Assembly: GCA_002633005.1 (NCBI GenBank) | Contig: NMRA01000524.1 | Location: 188,381-252,380 of the forward strand | DNA from: Phoronis australis | Lineage: Eukaryota; Animalia; Phoronida | Length of the DNA stretch: 64,000 nt | Reading direction: 5' to 3' | Part shown: positions 1-12,397 of the stretch, one piece after another | Layout: every line of letters starts with the position of its first letter | Position numbering within the stretch: the first letter of the stretch is position 1 | Notes under the pieces: model-generated | The model's input: the letters and a program-made list of their open reading frames with translations, nothing else | The model's database searches: none | Told to the model about the DNA's origin: nothing | Program-made: the position numbers and the translations under genes

Positions 1-420
1 TTTACAGGTTGTAACTGGACACCAGATATCACATGGGCACAGATTGTCCTGCTAAGATTGGACAATGCATACCACATGGTTGTAGACTGCCAGGCTGTGA
101 ATGGACTATTCACATTGCTACAGACTGTCACGCTTTGATTGGACAGTATGTATCACATGGTTACAGACTGTCAGGCAGTGAATGGAGAATTTACATGGCT
201 ACAGATTGTCGGGCTATGATTGGACAGTAGGTATCATATGGTTTCAGACTAGCGGGCTGTAATTGGGCAGTAGACATCACTTAGTTATTGACTGTCACTT
301 TGAGAATGGAGAAATCACATATAGTTACAGTCCATTGAGCTATTGATTGGACAGCAGATATCACGAGGTTACATACTGCTAGACTGTGAAATATCACACG
401 CTTTTAGACTGCCAGGCAAT
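1..420. repeat. Degenerate minisatellite (unit roughly 35-40 bp)
   Basis: The motif cacatggttacagactgtcaggctgtgattggacag and its variants recur about ten times. Confidence 0.7.
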
Positions 421-621
421 GGGCAATATTGCACAAACACCATGGAAAAACTGAGTACTGTCTAAAGAAATTTCAAGTCAAAATATCAGCTAGAGTGGTT
501 TAAAACAGTCACTTTGGAAGCATTTAAAACATGAACTAGAAAATGTAGTTTGTTTAAACACAACTGACTATGTTAGAAATACAGCCCAGTCCGTGTGTTT
601 TTGCACTCGTTGTCCACTAAC

Positions 622-754
622 CTTCATAAAGTTGACAATAGTTAGCCTGTATGGAGTCTTGGCACGTGTGTTTGATACGCGGAAGTAGAACCACTGTGTG
701 TGTTTGTTGGTGTACAGGTCGGGTCGAAGCCACAGCTCATAGTCTCTCTCACCT
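622..754 (-). CDS. AGBL2: CCP2/3-like exon ([44 protein letters not shown]); gene continues beyond the left edge
   Basis: ttgcag|A...AAG|gttagt, 133 nt. The [20 protein letters not shown] motif is typical of AGBL2/3. Confidence 0.93.
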
Positions 755-1559
755 CTGCAATAAAAGCAGAAATCAAGTACAATCAAATCTAACGTTGCGT
801 AACATTGTACATTGTTTTACACGCAGCTAATCTCCTACTGTTGGAAAATGTCACAAACAAAAAATCCTATGAAACTTGCAAAATAATTTTGTTCAACTTA
901 AAATAGCTGTAAAATTCGCGTTCTGTCAAAAAAACATCCACACTATGAGAAAACTTAGATCAAGTTTCTCCGGGAACGAGTGGTCGCTAGGTTTAGTAGT
1001 AGCATGGATACTGTTTGTGCTGGGGCATCTTCACCCACATGTGACAACTTATGCCACCTTTTCAAGATTCGAAGTAATTAATACCAATTGTGCTCTTACT
1101 CCGCTACACACACAGGGATGTGTAATCATTTTTCATTCCATATTTGTCGCAAGGTGTAGAGAGTGTAATGTGGATGCTCAGCTGAACAATGGCAAGTTGC
1201 TCTAGAGCATGTCACTGTAGGGTGACTTGTAGCGTGGAGAAGACTTTAGGACCTTAGACCACTCAACACAAAACTGATGTCAACTGTCTTGTTCTTCATT
1301 CAGGTGAGAAGTGATTTCTGCACTGAGGAAACAATACTGTCAGCTTTTCCCAAGTCCAGAAATCTCCTCTAAACTAAGTTAGCAACAACATGAGACCAGT
1401 TATATAACAGTAAGTGACTTAAATGTAAGTACTCACAAGGACTACTTCATTTTCAAGACAAAACGTATTCGAAATGTTCAAGGATTTACAAATTTTCACG
1501 TGAGCCTCGGTAAAAAGCCAAAGATATTCAGCTAAGTGAGATTGTCATGACACACTTAC

Positions 1560-1693
1560 ACTTTCACAGCCTTCTGAAGATTGCCACTTTCAAAACGAGA
1601 TTCGAATAATAACGTGTCATCCGCATCGGACGTCAGCTGGACAGTCGCGCGATGGCAACCATTACGGTACCCTCCGACACGTGATCGAAGAAA
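1560..1693 (-). CDS. AGBL2: CCP2/3-like exon (FLRSRVGG...DDTLLFESRFESGNLQKAVKV)
   Basis: ccag|TTT...GT|gtaagt, 134 nt. Contains the diagnostic FESGNL motif of the cytosolic carboxypeptidase N-domain. Confidence 0.93.
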
Positions 1694-2680
1694 CTGGAAT
1701 AGCAACCATGCCAATTAGCATAATTATTTTATACATATGCATAATGATGACCAGATTGGTGATTACATTACAATAAGTGACAGAAAACACTACAGTAACT
1801 ATGGCTGCGCAACTATAGAAAATGTAATCAATAAGTTCAGGTCTATGGCGTACTGTATGCCGTCACGATGAGACAATCTATCCTTCAGTACTAACACAGA
1901 ATATCAAAATAACCGGATTTTAATGCAGTTCTTAGAATAGACGTACGCGTATGTTCACAGAATGAAAACTCCCGAGCTTGTGGACGTAATATGCATCAAC
2001 AATTAAGTCTATCATTGGAGTGCATCTCAACAGGGAAAAAGCAAAAAAGATTCAGCATTAAATTTATGCCGTGACTGATCAATCTATTCCTACACTACCT
2101 CCTAGGCCAAGGAATGCTTAAATTTGTGCGTGAGAAAAATACCGATTGGTAAACAGTAATTCGTCACTTGTTTAGCACACAAAATGGCTGACAAGTAAAT
2201 TTTTTTTTCTAATTAATTTCCCTACAACAGTAAAGATTAAGAACATTTTAGTCTATTACAAGCATCACTGTCAATGTCATAAAAATTTTGCTAATTTTAA
2301 AATTCACATTATTTGTGAAACGATAATCAGCCTTAATGGAAGACTGCCATTTTGGGACAATAGTATTGGTGTGAAATAAGTGAAGGATTACTCTAGTATC
2401 GGATGCAGCACAGCTACCTTCTTAATAAGCAAAAAAATACTTAAAGCTATGGACTTACATTTCAAATGAGCAACGCTGTGTCCTTATCACGAGGACTTTC
2501 ACTAGCAATTTTTTTTGCTGATATTTATGATATTTAACAACTGAATGTCTAATATTCACCAACTTTACTTTTTAAAACAGATGACAACACCCCAAGCACA
2601 CCCCCTTTTGGCATATTAGTGAACAAGTAAAAATTCTAAAGTAGTGCAGAGATGTCAAGCCATGTTTTGAGCAAACTTAC

Positions 2681-2760
2681 AAATGATCCACACTGGGGTT
2701 CATATTCATAGACCACACTTCCCTCATCAGATCTGATGGTTGGAGTTTTTTCGTAACCAG
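2681..2760 (-). CDS. AGBL2: CCP2/3-like exon (TGYEKTPTIRSDEGSVVYEYEPQCGSF)
   Basis: ccag|CT...TTT|gtaag, 80 nt, phase 1/0. Contains the TGxE...VVY motif. Confidence 0.85.
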
Positions 2761-3299
2761 CTGGAAATTGAAAGAAATATATTCTATGACAATAGAAAAT
2801 TCAGAACCTATAATTTTTAGGAACTACAACACCAGAAACCATGCATATGAAAATTGATATTGACAGGTGGTTTGGTCCTCCATTTTATGAAGACATTTTA
2901 ACTGTAACAGTTGGAGAAGGCTACTTTTTAGTTCAATGACTATTTCATGTCATGAAACCATCGTCATAACAACAAAACACGCACGTAGGTCAATTTCTTT
3001 AGGAGCGGCTACTGTATATTTCAACATTTATCAACAGCATGTAAGCAGGGGAATCAAAGCAAGACTTGTATTACATACCAGAAGCTTTAACATGAGGTTC
3101 TTGGGCACAACCAAGAAATTAGGCTTACTTGTGAGTGAAATTTAGAATTTGGATCAAAGAACAGAGAGGTGACACTGTTTATGAACAGTAACAGGTAGCT
3201 CACCAAAACTGTGACAGGAATGTCTAATTTCTCTGGTGTGCACAAAAGAGGTCACTCATAACTAATGCATCGGACCAAAAAACATCTACAGTGACTCAC

Positions 3300-3382
3300 T
3301 AGGCTTGTACAGAGGTTCATTGACTGGTGGAACATAAGGAATGAAGTTGAGATTCTCCTCGAGCACTTCTATCTCGGACGGC
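3300..3382 (-). CDS. AGBL2: CCP2/3-like exon (WPSEIEVLEENLNFIPYVPPVNEPLYKP)
   Basis: ttcag|G...A|gtgagt, 83 nt, phase 2/1. Contains the WPxxxEV...EPxYxP motif. Confidence 0.85.
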
Positions 3383-4418
3383 CTGAAATGTTAAGAAAAT
3401 CAGTAACTACAGCTTGCTGCATTCCAAATCATAGCACAGCTCACATTCCTGTTCCCAAAATACGACACAACATTGATGGCAAACAAGTAGCGATATTTGC
3501 TAACTGTGAGAAGACCAAATATTAGATATGTTTTCCTTTGTTCGTTGCTAAAACAGAAAATTGAAATGCAAACCTGACCCAGTGTTTTCTCAGATAAGGT
3601 GAGTTTCTAAATCACTTTGTGAGGAACATTGAGGTTGGGTAGGACCCTAGAAAAATGTCCAAATTTGGCTCACTTCAGAATATCATATCTCAGAAATGAC
3701 TGATGAGAGTCAAATGAAACTTTATACACTGTTCATCAAAAATATAAAGCATTGTTTTCAAAATGACTCACTTTTGCAAGAGGGGATAGAAAAAATATAG
3801 GAGTTACATTATTAACTTTTTATCATTGAACAAAGTAAAATTTTCAAAGAAAAAAAATTTAGAAAATTGCAACAATGTTTTTGAGAAAAAATCTTGAAAT
3901 TTATATCAAATGAAATTTGGTCATTCGAATGTTGTTTCGCTAAAAATGTACCTTTCTGTTTTGCTAAATTTCATTAAAAACACACTCATTGCTTTATGCA
4001 CTATCATTCATAAGACTGTTTGGATAAAGTTGTTTTTTTAAATGATGCTCTTTTGCAATAGAGACTATCAAAAATATGAGTTTCATGATTTTTATGAAAA
4101 AAACAAAAGTTGCATGAAATGAAAATAAAAATAATTTAGAAAATTGTTAGAGAATTTTGAGATTTTTATATCTCACGATTAAAATTGTGCAAACCTATAT
4201 CACATAAAATTTGATGACATCATTGATGCTGCTGATTGAAATAAATGTACTTTTCTTTTTTGCTTAATTTTACTCAAGATATGGTGACTCAATCAATGGC
4301 AGGCTGATATCAAGTCAAAAATAAAATTATACACTCTGGCTTTCTACTTTCATACTGAGTAAAATACATTTTTATACAGATATTCGACTGAAAGCACAGA
4401 CAAATCAATAAGGTCCTA

Positions 4419-4666
4419 CAGGGCTTGGAATGACTAAGGACAAAAAAGAGGAAAAATTTCCAGGTGATGTATCGCTCCACAAATAAATAGGCTTGTGTGA
4501 TAGAAACATGTTTTGTGTTGTAAAGTTCAACTGATTCAGAAATAAACGTCTTGCATGAATAAAGTCAAAATAATGACAAAAAACAAAAAAGAGGAAACAA
4601 GAAATCAAATAAGAGGAAATCAAAACCAAAAAGGAATCTTCTTAAAAGAGGTAAATTCTAAGCCTG
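4419..4666. mobile_element. hAT-like MITE (CAGGGCTTGGAAT termini)
   Basis: Starts CAGGGCTTGGAAT and ends ATTCTAAGCCTG, with (g)gtccta on both flanks. An inverted partial copy lies at ~40320-40500, and the 37196-37680 element has the same terminus. Confidence 0.6.
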
Positions 4667-4769
4667 GTCCTAACAAAGTTTGCCGTACAATTTCTCCAAC
4701 AGATGGCGTTGCCACAGTTGATTGTTCCCCTGCAACACCTGGATATGATCGTTAGAAATCCCCATCAAC

Positions 4770-5090
4770 TTAAAACCCCACTCGACTCAGGTCAAAATGA
4801 GTACCAGGCTAAAAAGCAGTGAATATCAAGCAAACAAGAACTATGGACCGGTGAAGGCTCTTACAAATTTGAAGACAGTTTCCATTGAAAGTATTGCCTG
4901 CTCCCCGGGGAAATGAGATCGATAGAGAATGAGCAAATCAGTACCCAGAATAATAATGTTGTACAGCACCTACTAAAAACTGGAATAAAAGTGCAGACAA
5001 TATTACTATTGTAACTTTACTATAATGAATGTTATTAGGTTTATCTAAATTATTGCTCTTATTACAAGTATTATCATCAGGTATTATTGT
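4770..5090 (+). mobile_element. Possible SINE remnant (conserved-core-like segment plus LINE-like (ATT)n tail)
   Basis: cactcgactcaggtcaaaatgagtaccag resembles the CTCxACCCAGGTGTAxAAATGGGTACC core seen in invertebrate SINEs. It is followed by an attact/attatt-rich tail. Confidence 0.3.
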
Positions 5091-5456
5091 TGGGCCCCAA
5101 ACATGGGTTAAGTTATGGTAATTCTTAACCTGTACAGCACACCATATGCAATTTCATTTTGTCAAATTTCTTCAGAAATAGAAAGATTAAGAACACTTCA
5201 GTCTGTTACTAGCATGGTTTGAACTGCGTAGACGTCGCAAACAATGCTTGGCAAGGCTTCCATAATTTAAAGCAAAATATGTGTAGAATTACTGTACTAT
5301 GTGGACAAGCAGCAAATGAGTAAATACAAACAACAAACAGAAATAAGCGTTATTTGAAAGTTATCCTCTTATTTCTTGTCATCACGAAATTCTTTATCAT
5401 GACTCCTTGTTTCTTTTATGACGCTAATAGTCATTTGTGGGACCAGGGTATACCAG

Positions 5457-5913
5457 CAGACCTTTATGCAGCCTACGTCCTGTGCATTTTTCTTATTTTG
5501 TAACAGCAGCTCTGATGACTCATTTTACAGAATATTAAAGCTATAGTCAAGATGATATGATAAACTTTATAACATCCATTTGACTTGAGATCACCAAAAA
5601 CATGGTGCACTCATCATTCAACCAATATGATCTCTAATATTTGTTTGCTAAGCTACTTGACTGTTTCCATAAATTTAGATGTAAAAGTCCAGGTCCACAC
5701 ATTTTTTTGAGTAAATAGCTCATGAGGGTTGTTTTTGTAAACTTAGATGTAAAATCCCTGGTCTACGCATTTTTTGCAACAACACTCACTGTATGTGTGT
5801 GGATTACTCATGAATAGTGGTGAGGGTTACGGGTCGTCGGAGTCATGGATGCCCTGGAATATTGGGAACCCCATTTTGAGAGCTCTATTTTCGAAAACCT
5901 GGATAAAGCCCTG
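5457..5913. mobile_element. hAT-type non-autonomous element, copy 1
   Basis: TIRs CAGACCTTTATGCAG / CTGGATAAAGCCCTG. The 8-bp TSD TATACCAG/TACACCAG has one mismatch. Ends are homologous to 28484-28984. Confidence 0.8.
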
Positions 5914-7298
5914 TACACCAGGCTAACCCGTCTCAGATGAAGCTGTCATGCTAGTATTAAATTGTGCTTCGTAAAAACACAATGCTCCATTTATAAATAA
6001 GTAAAGTGAATTGTGTTTAGCAAATCCTTATTTGCACAAGGTGCATGGTTACAATGAAAGCAGCCTGTGTATTACCTGTTTGATTTGTACATCAATCCAA
6101 ATGATACGTGCATGTCTCAGCAAATCAATGTTGCATCAAGAGAAGACAAAATGGTGAACAATAAGCCGCATTGATTTAAGCGTTTCATTACAGAGACAGA
6201 CAAAGCCTCTTTGTTGAGCGGTACTTTTTGTGGACAAGGAAGGATGAGATTTCACCAAGCAGCTGAATTAGTAGAAATAACGTTTGGCTACCAAATAGCA
6301 GTAAATCAACAAGGGACCAAGTCCATTTGAGAATGGCAAAAATTGTGAACTTACATGTACGAACTGATACAAACGATCTCGCCTAAATGGGTACTAATCT
6401 GAGATATTGACAATTAACGGGTATTGACACTGACTTCTCAACATATCAACAAAACAAAACAATACTCTATAAACCGTTGCCAATCTTGAAAGCTTGATTT
6501 AACTTTATCAACTCCGTACAAAATGTACTAAATTAGTAAGCACGATTAACCCTTCAGATGAGCTAATGGACAGTTGTAGGGACACGTCGCGTATCTTGGA
6601 CCACCCATTCCAGAGTATTGGCTGAACTATACGTTCATTTTTCAAGTGAAGTACTAATTACACAACATCAGGTGAGGAGAGCAATTTGCTTAAGACCACC
6701 AAAATATGGCTTAGTAATTAGTAAACTTTCAAATTCATCATCAACTTGTATTCATCTATCAGAACGGTGACTCATCCCGCTTCTTTACATTGCTTTTGCG
6801 GCTTTAAATGTGAAACAGTGAAACAATAGGATACACGTTGATGTGCTTTTAACTGGCATAAAACACTAAAACTCGACTGATATTTAGAATCTGAATGCCA
6901 CACACAACAACACTTTTGTCCTCTGTTTTGAATACATCTCGAAGCTTTTCAGAATGGTTGGTTAAGCGTAAACATAGTACATAGATTTCATGGTAAACTG
7001 TCACTCAAGTGGTCTATGCATACAGAATTTAGTGTATTTTGAAGTGGGAATATTGACTTCTTTTGACTACAACATCGCTGCAAATAATCATATTTCAACC
7101 AAAACACTGTTGGATGACAGCTCTGCCTAGTAAATCATGTTAATGACAAAGTCAGAATAGTATTCATAATTGTTGAGAAATAAGACAAATTAATTTTCAC
7201 CTTTCCGCCACACTGTGTCTCAAACTGAGGAAATAAAACGCTGGGTTAAGTCCGCCACCCGACTATCATCATAACTAGAAGTGCAGGGTGGTACCTAC

Positions 7299-7446
7299 CA
7301 TCGGGCAGCCTGTTGCGGCCCCAATTCCTTCCCCATCAACGCGTACAACTGGCGTGGCTCCTTGAGTCGAGGCACCAGGCGGCCATGTTGGAAACGATAC
7401 TCCACCTGCTTGGATCGAAGAAGCTCCTCCTGGTTGGCACGATTGG
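7299..7446 (-). CDS. AGBL2: CCP2/3-like exon (ANRANQEELLRSKQVEYRFQHGRLVPRLKEPRQLYALMGKELGPQQAARW)
   Basis: tacag|CC...TG|gtagg, 148 nt, phase 1/2. Contains the VPRLxEPR...RWP motif of CCP2/3. Confidence 0.85.
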
Positions 7447-10400
7447 CTGTAACATAGAAAGCTCATTAGCAATACACATAAAGCTAATTAACATACTAGA
7501 CAGTGCATTAACATAGAAAATTCGCTAACATACCGTCATTACATGTTATCAAATGAATGCAAATTAAGCTTGCTTATGCTAACGCTACTAACCGACCATG
7601 AAATACTGTGAGCTACTCAAATCATTATACATGTATGAAATTCGAAAAAACAATTTACATTTTTAATCAACTGTACATTTGCAACAAGACTGAGTATTCC
7701 ACAATAACTTTTTGATCTGCCAACCCATCTTATAGGTGAGAGGAAACAAAACACATTTTAAGAACCCTTTTATGAGGTCTCATTTTTTAATCAATTGAGT
7801 TTGTCAGGCAATGTTTTGGATGGATTATTAGTGAGCAAAAAGTTTGCTCAATGACAGTGTCATAAGTTAGTATAACCTAGTTTCAGTCTTCCTAAAGACC
7901 AGAGTCAGCCCGTGTACGGGGAAAATGTACTGACACAGAGAACTGACAGGAAGTTCTGCTGAGATTCATCAGAATGTACACAAGTGACAACACGGTAATT
8001 TACGAAAACTTTAGTACAGATAAGACACCACATGATGCCCTTAGCTTAGCAACAAGACCACTGTATAATCCATATAATTTATAGATTTCATAGCATCTTT
8101 TTCAACACATTTTGCAATGAAAAACAGTGTGCAGTTGCAAAACATATTCAAATAAGTCAGACGACTACTCTACAATGCAGATACTAAAATCCAACGGCCT
8201 CGAGAAAACTATAGGTCACACGTGAAACAGAACACCAACAAACATAGGATTACAAAGACACTTGAAAAACCCTGACTGTTGTGAGCAACAGTGAAGCTAG
8301 TGGAAAGCTAGTGAAAATCCTCAACGTCCTTTAATGAACGTTATCACGACTCATATTTCCACTTCCCATCAAAAACACTTCAAGAAAACCATCATCAAAC
8401 ATACCGACCTACAAAATGACACGGGCCACTCTCTGAATCTGACAGGAGAATGTGAAGAACTGAGGCCACTTGTGTAGCCATCTTCTGAGCTGTCACGGTA
8501 ACGTGGTTGTCATGGGATAATGTGGATTAGGAGAGGATATAGTTGAGTTTCCACGATTGGTCTCCCACCATAATCTACCTAATCGAGGCTTCCTTAGATT
8601 GCTAAGAAAATCAATAAAACATGCCCGTGGAACAAGGGATTGCGTTCAATTGATCAGAAACTTTGATGCCATAGGTATGGTTAGGTGTGATTAGCACGGT
8701 TTTTAAACAAATGCCGATCATGAAGAAAGGTTTTACATGCAGTGGCACTTGTAACTTGTTGTGATGGTTTACGGGTTTGTTTTTTGCCCCTTGCAATGTG
8801 ACTTTTCATCGTAAGACTAAAGTAGAAACAGCAAAAATATAAACAAATTTTGAAAGTTCCAGAGAAAATTCAACGGCAAAAAGTCCATAATTTAGAATTT
8901 TTTGTTTCCATTTGAGACATTGGAATTTATAAGGAAAAAGCAAAATGATAACAACAGAATTTAAACCTTCTATGATTTTGGTGGAGGGGAAAATCCCCCC
9001 CAGGCCGCTGCCTGAGTTTCACACCCCAGATCACCACACCTAGTTGGCAATGCCACAAGTAGCCAAAAGTAATGTTTTTCATTAGTGATTCAAACTCTGA
9101 GGGTAATTTTTTATCTTTGAATAGGCAGTTTTAGGTCTGATGAGAGGAATTTCGCGTTATTTTAAAATATTTTTCATAGGGCACCTGATATATAACAATT
9201 TCAGGCAACATTTTTAGATTTTTTCAATGGCCAAGTACTTATTTCAAGACCACATAAATGACCCCAAAGTTTTGGTGGAATTAAAACTGACACATATCTA
9301 TAACACGTGTAATGCCTTGGATTAAGGTATGTCTACTGAACTATGACAAGCCCATAGAAAGTTATCATATCTCGGCTTTATTTGCACAAATTCAACTCCG
9401 TGGCAACATCTATTTGGGAAAAAATTACTACTAAAGAAGACCTGCACATGTGTTTACCAAGCAATTGAAATGAAAATTTCCGCAACACGAAAAGATTAGA
9501 TTAAATTTTTTGCACATCGTCAGCTACAGAACTGCTAACATTGTCTGCTTTTATTAACAATAGAGGGCATTGTTGTTTTCCTGTACACAAAACCAATAAT
9601 CAATAGACACTAAACACCACTGTGTCAGCTGGTATAAGTTCTCACTATTGAACTTTTTACCTAACCTTGAACTATGTGAGTCTACAAAGCAGGTAACAAA
9701 GTGCCTTCAAAAGAAACAAAAGCATACACCAGCTACCTCAACAGAGGAAAAGCCATGAACATGTCGCTATTTTTATGGGGGCGCTTGCAGCTGGGAAATT
9801 AAGACACCCACAGTCTTGGAAGCCTTGCAAGATAAACCCCATCCATGCAGAGAGAGTTGCAATAAAATCTTTTAATGTGGAACAAAAAGGAATTATGCAA
9901 ATTGCCATAGTTGGGCTCCTGATTTATACACTGTTGTAGTTTTGAGCAGATGTGGTGTAGAGCCAACGATAAAAGTAGAGTAAAACTTCCCGAAAAATTA
10001 GTTCTGTTGAAATTTTAATTGTCTGCCGTATTGTGTCCCCAAATGTAGAATTTTTAGCATTTTCCATGACCAAAAAATCTTATTTATTGAATGAAGCTTC
10101 TGAAAAATTTTGTTGCAAAGACGGCCATATTACAAACACCCTAACCAATATAGTGAACCGCGTCAAGGGTAATTCAATCAGAAAAGGCAGTTCTGTAAAA
10201 GGAATCTGGTCACAAAATCATAGAGGCACATTCCTCATAAACTGTCTCATTACTTAATTCCCCACCTCAACTCATTGTCTTATATCAGATATACGGATGA
10301 ACGGACATCACACCCACCAAGTTCCCTGTCTAAATAACAGAGAACTTGCTGCAGAACAGTTTTTAGAAAGCAGTCGCAGAATTTCAATGAGAAAATGACC

Positions 10401-11515
10401 AAGCAATGGTGTTGTAATCCTACAAGGTAGAAGGGTGTTGCTGCTGCCTCTATATAACAGAAGGTGATATAAAGGAATTCTCTTGACTTAAAGCAGTTAC
10501 AACCTGTTTCCTATAAAATAACCAAGTTTTGACTTAAACCAGTTAGTGCTAGACTGGTCTCAACTTGTGTTTTGTTCTAATGAGAAGCGGTTTGTGGGCT
10601 TGGAAACTACTGTCAGTTATTGCTACAGACATAGTTTGGCACATACCGTACAGTAAAACGTAGACTTATGAAACACATAATATGGCCGACAAGAGTAATT
10701 CTATTTTGTTAAAATTTCTCAACAAAAGAAAAGATTATGACCAATTTACTCCACTATTAGCTTTGTTTATAATGTGAAGATGATGCAAAACAACATTTGG
10801 AAAAGCTTCCATCAATTATAGTACCGTAATCAGCCTTCGAGAAATGGAGAATCATACCAAAATGACTCCATGACATAGCAAATTATTGAACCTGATTTCA
10901 AGCCATAATGAACTGCCAGCTCTTTACATGGCAAGAAATCGCTTCTAAATTAAATGCAGAACATGTTGAGACTGACTTCATTGCTGTAAGAAGACCTTTG
11001 GTGGATTCAGGGGTTCCAGTTGCTCGTTGCATGAAACAGTTGCAATAGAGATTTAACTACTGTTTCCTAAATTTTCAGTGCATATGTGAGCTTTGTGCAA
11101 ACACTGAATGTTCTTTCTCCGTTATTTTATCTTCATTGCTACAGCAAGTAATTAGCTTTGACACAGTAACAAGAATAAAGTATACGGAGAATTGTTAACA
11201 TCATGGAAAATAAATAGGGACCTGTTCTTGCAACAGCCCTAGCTTGAGGACTTAGTCAACATTTATCTTAATTTATAAAGACTTTTTGTTCAACGCCCCT
11301 AATGTAAGGATTTACAATAATACATAGTACACATTTATAAAATGCCCTAAGTAACATTAGTGAATAAACAAAGTGTATAATCTGAATGTACTGAAAATTA
11401 AGGAAAACAGTCAAGTCCCTAATTATTCAAGGCATTTCATGCAACCAGACACACAGGGTCCCACACCCTACAGACATGACCAAAAATGAGCATTTTGGTC
11501 AATAGTATTGAGTAA

Positions 11516-12397
11516 GAAGTTACAAAAGAATCCCCAATATCAAGGAAGACAAACGAAAAATCAACAAAAGATAAAAGATTTGGTCTTTGCAATGTTGGAA
11601 ACACGTGTTTTGTGAACTCTACACTTCAAGCTATCTTTTCATGCAACCTCAACTGGCACAAATACAATATCAACAAGAAAAACAATATGAAAACCATCCT
11701 TGTGAACACATATGAAGCAACTAAAAGGTATACATCAACTCCGTCTGAAATTTTGAATAAACTAAGATTACAGAACAACTCTCTTGGCAACGGAAGTCAA
11801 CAGGATGCCCATGAATTTTTACTATGGTTACTGAACCAATGGCACGTTGACACACTTGCTCACAACGCTGATAATGTAACGTCTGAGGTTACTAGTACCT
11901 TCCAACACGTGAAGAAGCAAACTAGGAGCTGTAATAACTGCACAACAACAAAGGAAAAAACACAGATAGACTGGGAGTTGACCGTCTACCTCCCAACGCT
12001 AAGGAAAGAAATAACTATGCAGGAGTTGTGGCACAGCTTGTGGACGTCGTTGGACATCGAGGACTTTAGTTGCCCAAACTGTAATAGTCTCAGTGGCCAG
12101 CTCACATGGTCATTAGTAAAACCGCCAAAATACCTTTGTATTCATATCTTACGTACCGCGACTAATGGTGAAAAAATCAACACAAAGACTTCCTCGTATG
12201 ACCTCTCCGGCTATAAAATAAAAGCAGTCATAGAACACCATGGAAGAAACACGACGGGTGGTCATTACACATGCTGTGTTAAATCGTCAGCATGGGAATG
12301 GATAAATTTTGACGACTCTACAGTCACAAGTACACCCAAGCCTCCCCTGGATGCCTACATTGCAATGAATTATAAACCACAAAGGGAATCAACATAA
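11516..12397 (+). CDS. Intronless ubiquitin-specific protease (peptidase C19/USP) catalytic domain; start unresolved (possible pseudogene, terminal exon or TE cargo)
   Basis: The frame is open from 11516. It contains the Cys box GLCNVGNTCFVNSTLQ (from 11582), QQDAHEFL, zinc-ribbon CNNC/CPNC, His box HHGRNTTGGHY and WINFDDS. An in-frame ATG at 11486 is cut off by TAA at 11513-11515. Confidence 0.85.
   Translation, partial: EVTKESPISRKTNEKSTKDKRFGLCNVGNTCFVNSTLQAIFSCNLNWHKYNINKKNNMKTILVNTYEATKRYTSTPSEILNKLRLQNNSLGNGSQQDAHEFLLWLLNQWHVDTLAHNADNVTSEVTSTFQHVKKQTRSCNNCTTTKEKTQIDWELTVYLPTLRKEITMQELWHSLWTSLDIEDFSCPNCNSLSGQLTWSLVKPPKYLCIHILRTATNGEKINTKTSSYDLSGYKIKAVIEHHGRNTTGGHYTCCVKSSAWEWINFDDSTVTSTPKPPLDAYIAMNYKPQREST

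Noticed and set aside
1-420. CRISPR-like periodicity and repetitive ORF 33-230
   Set aside because: The whole unit is degenerate, with no constant repeat or unique spacers and no cas genes. It is a eukaryotic intronic minisatellite.
7275-7516. ORF-track proteins over this exon
   Set aside because: Wrong frame or strand. The real frame encodes the CCP VPRLKEPR exon.
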